A DNA stretch of 64,000 nucleotides. It comes from Blasia pusilla (taxonomy: Eukaryota). The stretch spans positions 34,782,001-34,846,000 of the forward strand of contig CM114271.1 of the NCBI GenBank assembly GCA_050084515.1. The letters are read 5' to 3'. Within the stretch, counting starts at the first letter, position 1, and each line of letters starts with the position of its first letter. Positions 26,801-38,620 of the stretch are shown here, piece by piece. The notes below the pieces were generated by a model. That model worked only from the letters and a program-made list of their open reading frames with translations, was not told the DNA's origin and made no database searches. The position numbers and the translations under genes were made by a program.

Positions 26801-27769
26801 GGGTGGTTTCTCAATCCCTGTTCATGCATTTTTCTAGATCTTTTATATTTTGGAATTGTCTTTGCATAAGATTTCTAATGCAAAAATATTCTTCCTAAAT
26901 GTCCATAAGGTGTGGTTGTTATGACCATTAACACCGTAATTAAAACCCTCAAATGCTAGTCTAGTTCCAAATCCTCTTGGAAATCAACTCTCATGGGACT
27001 TGAGCTCCTCTCAAGTCTTGCTTTGCTTTTATTCTTGGTTTACTGGGTCACGATCCTCATTACTTGAAACGCATAACCTTGCTTGTATCTCACATCTCAT
27101 ATCTCATTTGAGAGACTTCTTGGATACACTTCAATCCTAATGTGAGCCTACTAGGGTTTTGATGTTCCGCATTAGCACTCGTTTGGCTATGAGGGTTGTG
27201 ATAATAATAAAGCTTTCTTCCAATTTCTTCTTGTCAATGAAAAATCTTCATAAATATGTGTTGCATGCATGAGGATCTGTTGTGAAGAAGATAACTTTGG
27301 TATTACCAAGGTATGGTGCGGTGAGGGGGAGATTGGTGTTTCAATCATCTTCTTCCAGAAGGAGTAGTTTAGTAATAAAGGATTATGCTGAAGGAGCAAT
27401 GTGGGATTTGAGGGAGAAAATTTTGAAGAAGGTTCTCAATAAGTTCAAAAGGAATCGATGCGTTTACAGAAGAAAAGATGTTCTTTTAGTCTCTAGTTTT
27501 GGATTCTGCTTCTTGGGAGTAAGGAGCCAAGCGGACAAATGCAAGAAAGGAGTGCTAGCTGCTAAATTAAGAATAAAGGCTGGTTTACAAACCAGTGGAT
27601 GTTGGATTGAGATTGATATAGTAATAAGAAATAATATTTTTGATTAATTGTGGAGGAATAACCAAAACAACCTAGTAATACTTCTAGAGGATCGAGTTTC
27701 CCTGTGGAATGAATTCAAATTGAACAGAATTAAATGTAAATTCTAGTTTGAAGTGTTACATTACCTCCA

Positions 27770-28699
27770 TCATAACAAGGGTAGAACTCCTTTTACCACA
27801 TTATGAGCATATACATAGTGGTAAAACCTTTTCACACTATAACATGCCTATCATTTTTATGCGCAAACCACTACGGTAACCTTAATTTACAAGACTCATG
27901 ACAATCCCACATATGTGATATCGATGAAATAAAATTTTCAAGCATTAAACCCCTCTTAAATGGCATTCCACATAAAGCTAAAGTCCACACCCCTATTTAA
28001 CGCCCTAAGCCCTTCTTAGCATTTTCCCTCATAAAATCATTTACCAACATCCACCTTGTAGATAAGACAAACATGACATCATAAAAGAAAAGGTTAATTT
28101 ACTTTTCTCTTCCCCTCCTATAGATTTTGGGGAAAAGCACGTCTCCTTTTATGACGTCCAAGATGTCGTAATATAATGAAGGGAGGATGTAAGTTGACCC
28201 TTTTTATGATGTCCCATGTATATTTCTTAATGAAGCCCTTTTAACAACTTCAAACATGTCGTAAATGGTTACAAGGGTTACGACGTCTGGATGTTGCAAG
28301 TAGAGCTATGGTACAATATTTGATACGTCCTAAACCAAGAGTACAATGTTTGGGACATCATAAAAAAATCCTACTTGGTATGAAGTATAAGACGTAACTT
28401 TGAAAGTTTTTATGATATCTTAGATGATGTAATAAAATTTTGTAAAATAGGGATTTTTTTAAATCTAAGAAAAAAGATGGTGATTTGTATAGTCATCGTC
28501 ATTGTGTGCGCTTTTACGAGGTAATTGGGGGTTACAAAATTAGGGGGTAAAAAGAAAAAAAAGTACCATGCCTAAGGAGTGGTAAAAGTTTAACCCACTA
28601 GAGAGGTGGTAAGGAGTCGGAGGTTTTACCACCCCTTTTAAATAGACCCATGTTGGGGTTGGTAAATGGCTAGTAACTAGCAAACCAATTCTAGTAGTG
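27770..28699. mobile_element. Probable CACTA-derived fragment; one terminus at 28699, left boundary uncertain
   Basis: TTCTAGTAGTG is the reverse complement of CACTACTAGAA. It is preceded by dispersed short motifs (GACGTC/GATGTC, TTTTACCAC) resembling subterminal repeats. Confidence 0.4.
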
Positions 28700-31600
28700 A
28701 TTATAACATAAAATAAACTTGTGACAATCATGTAATAGTGGTTACAATGATTTGAAAGAAGATTTTCCTATTTAATTTTAAAATATTCAGATTTTTGGAA
28801 AAAAAATCTCTCAAGTTAATTTTTGCATCCATAAAAATCTATGCACGTCTCAGTAGAAATTAGGTTTTTTTTATTCATCACATCTATACTATTAATGAAA
28901 TGTGGGGGGTTACAATAAGTAGGAAAAAAAAATCTGTTTAGTATCACATTTATTTTATCCATACAAATTGTGTGTATGAAAGAAGCACTACCTATTTTGG
29001 CGTAACTTTTATCCACACAACTATGCATGTGTGGATGGTTACACAAGGAATAATTTTTGTATAATTAGAGGTAAGAGGAGGTGGAGGGGAAGATAAGCTT
29101 TGGGATGAATTCACAGCTTAGATGGGGAAGCTGGAGCTGGGGAGCAAAGTGGAGGAGCCCAAGCCAACCAAGCCAAAATGTCTAATTGGCCAAAGTTGAG
29201 GGCAACGAGGAGGTGTTTGTAAGGGGAGATGGCATTGATTGGAAGTTGAGTACGTATGCTGATTTCAAGTTGTAGATCAAACAAGAGAAGAAGGAAGAAA
29301 AATAGGGATTCTGAGAGCAGACGGCTAGGGCGAGGGGAATCAGGGGATGGAGGGATCGAAATTAGAGATCTTTAAGTGAAGGTTTTCTCCAATTTTTATG
29401 TTTGGTTATGGAAATGTAAAGGAGCTTCACTACAATTTTTTTGCAATCTTGAGCAAAAAACCTATGGTGGAAGATACTCGATTAGGCTAAAGATTGCAAT
29501 CTTCAAAGGCTAAAATCCACCAACGCAAAAAGTGGAGAGAAGCATCATGAGAGTTTGGTCATGACAAATCTATACATGTAGCAATGCTACATGAGCTAAA
29601 TTGGTTGATTTGAGATTCTCTCAAGACCATAACTTTGAAGACCGAGTTCGTCTTAATAACTAGATCCATTCCTTACAAAGTAAATAGTTGTAGTGCAAAT
29701 ACTATGACCTATGGCCTCATATGTTCCCGTGACTCAACTTTGAAGTTTTTTATGATCTTTTGTCTCTATGGGAAACCATCCAATAAAATTACGGGTGTGA
29801 AGTTGAGGATGAAAATTTGAAGATCCTGTAATGCATTCCTTATGGTGACTATTCCATTTACATGTGACTTCACTCTATGCATATATAGTAAATTAAATGG
29901 TTAAGGAGGGACTCAGGTGGAACTTACAAAGCAGAAGGTGTGGATTTGGGTAGGTCCATCCCTTGGAGATCTCACAAGGGACTAAAATCCAGCGAAATCA
30001 AGAATCCAAAATCATACAAAGAAAGCTCATTTTCTCAAGTGTCATCTCCACACTTAGTGCCTAAAGGTCTCGATTTTTGTCGCCCCATCGAGTGGCATCA
30101 ATTACGTAATATTTTGTAGTGCCAAGATGTATTAAGAAAAATGAGGACCACTCTAGATCAATCTCTCCTTGATATATGCTTGTGTGCTTCTACACTAATG
30201 GTGACTAGAAATCGGCCAAATACCTAAGATCAGCTGAGATATGCCCCATTCGTTATATAATATAGATTTGAAACACCCTCACCCATATAGAGAGAGCTTC
30301 CTAGGGTAGAATGAGCTTTATGGGATAGATGGATAGTACTATACCATCATGGAGGATTTTTATGGCATATTTTTTGGAGGCCTCTATATTTCTGGCCTTG
30401 CCCGTAACGATCCGTACGCTTCACCTATGGACAATTTTTCTCTTGCACATTGGCTAGCTGGTAAGGTGCCTATACCCCCTTGATGAGATGTCCCATGAAT
30501 AGCCAAGAAGCAGGGACATCCTATGACGCTCGATCAGTGAACTAGCAAACACAAGGAAAATATAACCAACATGGATCTTCAAGATTCATTACGCAGCAAT
30601 CTGAGGGAAGAGTATACACAAATTGGCATAGAGTCAAGAGACTAAGTCTATTCTTTTTCTCTCTATAGGTGACACTGTATGTTAGTCTTAATAGGAGAAA
30701 TTTAATTTATAACCTCACTCAAAATCTGTGAAAATACTTGCATGTTGCGGTTCACGTTCTGACATGTATACACATACTTGTGTTAGTCCCCAATTTAAGC
30801 TACTCAATCATTGCATTTTCTTGGCCAATGAAGTGATGATTTTATACTTGGGAGTGTAGGCTCTTCTAATATCCAACATTCTATCACCTCTGTGAAAGAA
30901 AATGCTGATAATGTGAAATATATGCCAAGACACACGCTTGAGTTCGGGACTACAAAGGGACTTTCATTGCTAACCTCTATACCAATTGAAGTATACATGC
31001 CCTTCCACTCTCTCTAATTCAATCTTATGGGAGTATCATGACGTTCACAATATTCCCAAAACTTGTCCCATTTCTCTAATTGTAGGCCAAAGAGGACTTT
31101 AGATATTGAAATCCACTTTATTATGCTTGAGTTGTTTGATAGGGTTTAGGCAATTGCTCTTGAGAGCTGGTGATCACCTCTGGGAATTTGAAGCAATATG
31201 TGACTTTAGAAGTGACCAGAAGTGATCATTTGATGAATCGAATGACACATCATCATTTAATACTTATGACAATAGTATGGATATAGATATATCCCTAACT
31301 TAATTGAATCCTCCATTCTAAGTCTCATGACATATTCTCTTCCTTAGATTTGACCTATTCCATCTCAAATGATGAGATAAGTGCATATCATGGTGATCTC
31401 TCTAATTTGTACTTGTGTATGGTTTGAAGTAGATATGTAGTGGATGGTGTTAAGTTTATAAAAGCCAAGATTTTGTGACGAACTACTTTTATGGTATGCC
31501 CCAAGCATCCTTAAAAAAATTAACACGTATGGAGATGTCATCATTTTGTGTCCTACTTGGACTCATTGAAGACCATCATGCCTTCCAATGTGTCATCCCA

Positions 31601-32239
31601 AATTTTCAAGCTCATCTCATTGTTTAGTGCGTTATCACCCTTGACAAATTTGGGATTGGAAGTTTTTTGGCTTCTTCTCTATTCTTGTGGGGGATCTCCC
31701 ATAGATCTATGGTTAATTTCACAAATATATATATGATTGATCTATAAGACAACCAGGTTGAGCGAGTCAAGTGGCAAATCAATAAGAGCAGAAAAGGCTT
31801 GTACATGATTGATTTCTCTAAGAAGGGTTTTCCAAGATATGTATGTGTTACCTTGATTAAGGGAACCTTATGGCCTCTTAGTCAAAGGCCAAAGAACTTT
31901 GGAGAAACCTATTGTGACTAGAAGTGCAACTACTCAATCAAGATCAAGTTTTTTGTGATGTAATCGGCAAATAGTCATCCTCTTATTAAGTTGGATTTCA
32001 CCAATAGACCTTACTTTCTTCCCCTTTCCTTGTTAGTGCTTTATACCAAAAATTTCTTTGCTAGCAAGTATGTCAAGTTCAAATGGTCCCCCAACAATTC
32101 TTGGGGAAGCTGCTTGAAGAAATCAAAGTTATGGGAAAAGATGAGAGTTTGTAGTACCTTACACTAGGGATGGATCTAGCCTTTTGGGGGAGATCGGCTA
32201 GCTACTTCCCGCTATCTTGGTTGATTCCAATATTTAGGA

Positions 32240-34460
32240 TGGCATCTCATGATAAGTACAAGGAGGACTTCAACAAGTGCTTGCTGCATGCTCAAGTGGT
32301 TAACAAAGCATTTGATTGGAATTTTGAAGTCCCAGTTGCATTCCTTAAAGAAGTTGATGAATCAATATATGGAAAAATCGACCCCACAACCAAAGGTTAG
32401 TATGGTGGGTGTTCTGTTGCTCTCTCTTGCATAGTGCTCAACCAAAGTGATACATGGAGCACTAATGATGATTAATCCAAATAGATCTAGACAATTTGCA
32501 CAACTCTACCCCAACGGCTCACTCATCTAGACATGCTATAGGTATTAGATATGGGGATTATACTTAGTGCACAAGTGCAAGAGTTTGGTCTCGCTTTCAA
32601 CAAGCATCCCAGTGGATTTTGTCTTAGATTGTCATAAAAATAAATGAGCCACATGAATATATTGGGATTTTGATTCTTGAACTATTAGATAGTATTTCCA
32701 AAAATATGTACACTTTGTCTCCTTTTGGATGTCTCAAAGTTTTTACTATACGTGTGGACTCCTAAAATGCATGACTTGATTCATTACAATTTTGAGTACA
32801 ATATATTAATCCATCTACCTACTTTTGATTAGTTACAACATCTCAGGTTTTGATTCGAACACTCTACATGCACTGATGAGTTTCCATACTATGCTCTATC
32901 AAATAAGTAACTTAAGTTAATTCTAAGTGTAAACTCTGAGATCACACTTTATAAACTCACAATGTGTACACTCTGAATATACTTAGAGAAACCTAACACT
33001 CGAAGCTCATACCCCCTAAGTTAACACTTTGGGTATTAAGAGTGTTTCACCTAAGTATATGGTTTGAGTGTACAAAGCGTTTACTCTAAGCATACCCTAA
33101 CAGTGTTAACTTTGAGTAAATATTTAGAGTGATGTGAGTGTACCCTCTAAGTTAACACTTTGAGTATAAAGAGCACATGCTTACAATATACAAAGTATTC
33201 ACTTTATTCACCCAACCTATTATTTTGTAACACCATATTGAGCTCTAGTCTAGAGTTTCAAATGAGTACATGCTTTGAATTCTTCGAGTTTGTGCATTGA
33301 CTTGCATCACCAATTCTTTGATTTGCTAAGTATTTAGAGCTCTCAAGCATTCAATGATTGATCTCTCAATGGATCTCAATAGAAAATAATATGGATGCAC
33401 TTTAATTTGAAAGGGGTAAGACAAAAGGCTTTACTTCAAAAAAATTACATTAAAAATGTCATCGTGTGCAAAGAAGACCAAGTTCATGATTACATGTTTT
33501 AGATGCATAAAGTGTATTACCTAACTCTTGCTGAATCTAATTTTTTTTCCTCAACTTATTAAACTTATCTAAGAGTAAACGTATCTCTTGAATGCTCTTC
33601 CCTATACGAATGAGCTCAATCATGAGTAGGGAAGCATGATGCATCTTTGCTTTCTTTCGCTTTTTGTCTCAACCCTCTAGCCTTGTCGTTGAGCATTGCC
33701 TTCTTCCACTCTCTCTTCATTTCCTTGAGGCAACGACTTTGCTATGCTTTCTCAGACATGCCCTCTTGATAAATAGATATTAATGTGGGTTGGGCATTCA
33801 CATTCACTTATGGAGAAGTACCATCATTGATTTTATGTTAAAGCTTGTTGAGGACTAGGTGTCCTTCTCTCCTTGGTTCCTTGTGGAGGGGAATGAGTTC
33901 GAATGACTCTCCTCAAAGTCTTACGAGGACAAATAGGAACTATACTTTGTGTGAACTTGGTGTAGAGTCGATATGTAGAAACTCTCTATAATCTTCACTA
34001 TCAAACCAAGTTTCACAAGAAATAGCTTGGCTATCCTAGACATGTGTTAGGCTATTGTGAGTGGGACTCTCCATAGACATTTTCCACCATGCTTGCAAAG
34101 CCAACATCAACAACAACATTGGGATGACGGCCAAACAAAGCATGCATGCAATTAAAAAAAGGACATTTTTGGCTAAGCTTATCCTCAAGAGTTACAACTC
34201 TAGAGATTTCAGAATCTATAATACCAACAATGGTTTGGGGTGGAATGTTCATGTGGAGGTTTCCCTTTATGTGATAAATGAGTTTCCATGACACTAAATG
34301 TTTCTTTTTATCTTGCTATCACATCCAAGGATATTCTTGAAGCTCTCTGGGTCCTCTTTATATTCTAGAACACGGTCATAATCTTGGTACTGCATTTTAT
34401 GTTTGACTTTCTTGTGGGATGCACTTGACTTTCATGGATTATCTACTCCTACCACTATAT
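32240..34460. mobile_element. Probable decayed PIF/Harbinger element: transposase remnant (+, ~32240-33540) convergent with a Myb/SANT-like ORF remnant (-, ~33600-34460)
   Basis: Minus strand LEDKLSQKCPFFNCMHALFGRHPNV resembles the C-terminus of Harbinger-type Myb/SANT-like proteins. Plus strand fragments YALSN, DLHHQF and AFND...ISIENNMDAL...FTSKKL resemble DDE_Tnp_4 motifs. Heavily decayed and no TIRs found. Confidence 0.4.
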
Positions 34461-35699
34461 TTCCATGCCCGAGTGCGGGATCCATGAGCTCGCATTGCGC
34501 ACGGCCCGTGCACACTGAGCATTCCACCCTTGCCTGGCAAGTGTGCATCACGCCCGATGCCCATTTTTTGGTCAGGCCAGCGTCGCGGACAAGTTGGGCC
34601 CGCGTCGCGCTCTCTGATTCCTCACCTTGGGCCCTAGCCCGCATGCAGGCTCTAGGGCCCACGTCCAGCGTGCGAGCCCCCCTATGCTTGCGTGTGACTC
34701 CCCCCCACGGGCCCGCCATAGCCCGTGCAGGCCTCACCAAATTGGGTGGTGCCGCCGGCCATAGCCTGTTGACCGTCGCCCCCACGGTAGCCCGTCGTTG
34801 GTCTCGCCGTAGCCCGCCATCAAAGGCCCAATCGTTGAAGCCCCCATGGCGCCCACGTGGAGCCCGCATCCCACGAACCCTACGGGGACACGTGGCATCC
34901 TGTGAGTGGCTGGGATCAAGTTCGAACTTGGCCCCACTCCCGTTTCCCATCTCTTCCCCTTTTCTCCCTTTTGCGTAAAACCCATAAGGAAAGGGCCCAC
35001 AAGGGGCCCCAAAAATGTACACATGGAGGGGGGAGTTTAGGGGTTAATAACCTAATTATCACCCCCCAATTTTTTTGTGATATTTTGGATTAGGCTCCAA
35101 ATTTTTATGGTGCCTTGATAGCTAAGGGCTTTCAAGGTTACTAGGAATTTTGGGGAAATCCCTTGGGTGCCTTTTGGGGATACTTGAATTTTATTTGGGA
35201 CCAACTTGGATATTTGCGCTCTTTGTTGCATCCTAAAGAAACTCCAATTGACTCCACATTAGGAGAGTGCTTGTGAGTGTAGAAATCTCTTGTTTCACTA
35301 AACTTGATGGGTGATTTTGAGATTTCTGATTCATAGACTCGAGTGTTTGATTTTTTTCATTGGTTTTCCTTAGCACATTGGGGATGTGGAGGTGATCAAA
35401 GAACCTTATCTAAAAAGTCCATATCTACATATTCTCTTTGGGTGACCAACCCTAAACTTAGATCGCTGTTCCATCATTCACGCGCCCGTATATTTTAGCA
35501 TCTCGCGTCATTATCTTTTTGGTATTTTCTTATCCCAACCCTCACATTTCTTTTCCTTGTATTTTTAAAAGATTTTATTATCTTCTTCATCCGAGGGAAA
35601 TGTCTAGTGGGGCTAGGTCATCGAGAGCGGGAGAGAATCGAAACGAGTCCAACCTTGGTGCAAAGTGTGAGGCAAAGAGAAAATTCAAGGAATGATTTC

Positions 35700-36963
35700 A
35701 ACATGGCCGTAAGAGAGACATGGTTAGATCCATTTTTCCAGCTTTCTTTAGATAAGAGACAATCCTATATTTTGAGGGGTATGGATGGTTTCCATGACTA
35801 AACCTTGGAATTGCAAAGATTGTCCAATAGAGTAGCAAAGGCATTTGACTGGGAAGTGGATGCCGCAGAGGTTGATAGGTTAACTAAATTTTGTGCCCAA
35901 CAAGGTGTTAACCTGGAGAGAGCGTATGTCGATCTCAAGACATATAAGGATTCGAAGCAGAATGCTGCAGAATCCGCTCTCCTAGAAAGATTCTATGTAG
36001 AGATAAGAAGTGCTCAACGTCTTTTCAAGAGACGTAGTACTTCTCTAGGGCTGACATTGACAGTTCCGTGTGCAATAACATTGATTTTCGATAAGAATGT
36101 AGTAGTAGGACATGATCCGAGCGATATTGTGGGAACCAGTTTACACAAAATTGTGTACCATTGTAAAATAGGCTGAACCCATGGCTTTAGGGAAGAAATA
36201 TAGTATTGCATGAAGTTGTGTAAGGAATCATCTCTATCATGTTCTAGAAAATTGATGATGCAGGAGGAGTTGTTTGCGAGTATTTTACATTGTGGTGTTG
36301 TTCGCATGGTAGGAAGGTTGATCGAGGATCCACCACGTGCCATTTTTCCCTATTGGAATGATGGGCACCTCAAAAATTGGCTGCGAGTATGCCATAACTT
36401 GAAGAACGGTGGGGGTAATATACAAGAGTTAGGAAAGATGAGATGTCTCGCAATAGCATCAAATGCCAACCAGCTTGTGGTTGCCCTTCTTGGTACCATG
36501 GAGATTGTCCACAAGGATGGGGTTTTCATATCGACCTCCATGCTAGGAATATGTTCATCCATTTTGGATCCAACTCTAGCCCATACATCGGCGTTGGAGA
36601 TTGGGGAAATACCATGTGGACTGATGAAATCTTAAAGTCACCTCATAGATGGTAGTAGCATGAACAAAAAAATCATGTTGGGCATATAGCACCGGAGTTG
36701 ATAGTAGGGCCTCAGAATCTCCCTTTTAGCAAGGCCACTCAAATCTATGCCTTAAGAATGATTGTGAAGAATTTGAACTATGTGACATACAACCTCTCTC
36801 TATCAGGACTGCCCAAGCGAACATGAGATTTACTTATTTTGAAAGGATTAAAAAGTGGGTATTAGCTCTGAATTCCTCTGATCGCAAAAGCTTAGAGTTT
36901 CTTATTGCATATATCAGAGCAAATGCGAAAATATTAGGTGTAGACAATGTAGATTCGGGATGA
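35700..36963 (+). pseudogene. Decayed protein-kinase-like ORF (copy 2)
   Basis: Across frameshifts: FPYWNDGHL (hinge), VHKDG.FHIDLHARN (catalytic loop), GVGDWG (DFG equivalent), HIAPEL (APE), KATQIYAL (subdomain IX). Intronless. Confidence 0.7.
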
Positions 36964-37783
36964 AGGCCAGTAACAGTGATAGTGTGATTGTAAATCCGTT
37001 TGAGGATTGGATATTTTTCATGAGAAATGGAAGACTTGGTTCAAAAAGATGAATGTGTTACTATAAATTTTTGTAAATGATGAAGCTTGATTGATGTATG
37101 GATGTATATATCGTCTGTAATCGTATCACTATTATTGGAATTAATTGTTAAATCACCTTTCTTTTTGTATTTTGGTAAAAGACAAGATGGAGTTGCCACC
37201 TCATGAAGACCCTCATCCACATTGAGTATAACCCCACCGCCACGGTGGGATTGATGGATCCATTGGTGGTTGATCTTGTTTTGAGGAGACTTGAATTGAT
37301 CTTGCCACCTTTCTTATGGCAAGATATTCCTCAAAGGATTGAAGGCGGATATCCTCGAACATACCATTACCCTCATCGAATGCAAGAGGAACTCTTTGGA
37401 TTCTTCAAGAGAGAGTGGGAGATGTTTCCTACACATCCAACACAAGAAATAGATGATGGTGAAGCCGAGGTTAAGTTGGAGAGGACTATTCCTCATGGAG
37501 GTGGGATGCGCGCGACTAGAGCTAAGGAAAGAGGAGGAAGAGTTGGTGAGATGTCTGCGCCGATGTTACATATATCTGATGATGAATCAGATTAGATAGA
37601 ACGAGTTCATATTTTTATCTTTGTAATGTACATAAGTATTAGATTTCTCTCAATCCAGATATTTTGTGGGGAACTCCGGATCCTCATTTGTTGTAAATAT
37701 ATTTTCAAATTTCTCTTAAATATTCCATTGAGGAGATTTGTGAATATTGTGAGCCAATCACGAATGTTGTCCATGAAGTGAGT

Positions 37784-37917
37784 TGTCGTGCGGATACACA
37801 TCGCTACACAACATCCACCGTTGGTCATATCCACACCACACAACACCAATCTTCCCCACACACGGGTAGATCCATACATATATAGAAATCAACTTATACA
37901 TATATATGGAGATCACA
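37784..37917 (-). repeat. Terminal repeat B2 of the Gypsy-like element
   Basis: Aligns to 38401-38540. Confidence 0.88.
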
Positions 37918-38398
37918 AAAAAAAAATAAAGAGTAGTAAAAATGGCACACTCGGCCTTAAACTCCACTCCTCAATCTACATCAACATATTGAGCCTCGTC
38001 CACCCTTTGCTATCAAGGAATCCAGACGTTAACATCCAGTCCTAACTCACACACACGAGCAAGAATGGTACCCCAACGGCCCAACATGAGAAAAATGGCT
38101 TGGGAAAGCCATTTCCCCCCCTTATATAGGGTTCGGAAGAGCCAAAAGGCTCTTCTTGTAAAAATAACTATCCTCCTGGTAACGTGCGCGCACAGGTTAT
38201 CAAGGATGGATGACCTGCTAAACAAGTCACCTGGTTGTGAAAGACCTCAACAGGAAAGTAATCAGAAATAACGTTCCAAAATGGACCTATCCTCAACCTC
38301 ATCTCACACCTCGGGACAAAGATACACTCAAGACAATCTACTGCCTCCTATGCCCTATCCACGATAGATCTCGGCCTATCGGCTACTCAGATGTGACA
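37918..38398 (-). repeat. Terminal repeat A2 of the Gypsy-like element
   Basis: Aligns to 46322-46803. Confidence 0.9.
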
Positions 38399-38400
38399 GC

Positions 38401-38540
38401 TATCATGCGCATACACATCGCTACACAACATACATTCTTCGTCACATCCACATCCACACCACACAACACCGGTTTTTCCCACGAACTGGTATATCCACAC
38501 ATATACAGAAATCAACTCATACATATATATGGAGATCACA
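38401..38540 (-). repeat. Internal repeat B1 of the Gypsy-like element
   Basis: Aligns to 37784-37917. Preceded on the minus strand by the PPT-like AGGGGGGCAG. Confidence 0.88.
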
Positions 38541-38620
38541 CAACTGCCCCCCTAGCTGGCAGTTGGATCCTCCTAACTCCAGATAGAAAATATCACATCT
38601 CCCTGACATGACCTACTACC

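Noticed and set aside
26219-27760. Possible old LTR-element remnant (PPT-like tract at ~26562-26571)
   Set aside because: No paired LTR or clear domain could be established.
29600-31900. Coding-like decayed sequence on the minus strand
   Set aside because: No family motif could be recognised by eye. It needs a translated profile search.
34403-35093. Overlapping 191-aa and 196-aa ORFs
   Set aside because: Expected from stop-poor GC-rich sequence and no domain is recognisable.
37784-38398. Ordinary 615-bp LTR paired with a truncated 5' LTR
   Set aside because: It does not explain the extra B copy at 38401-38540 beside the PPT-like tract, or the same layout in the second element. It remains the main alternative to test.
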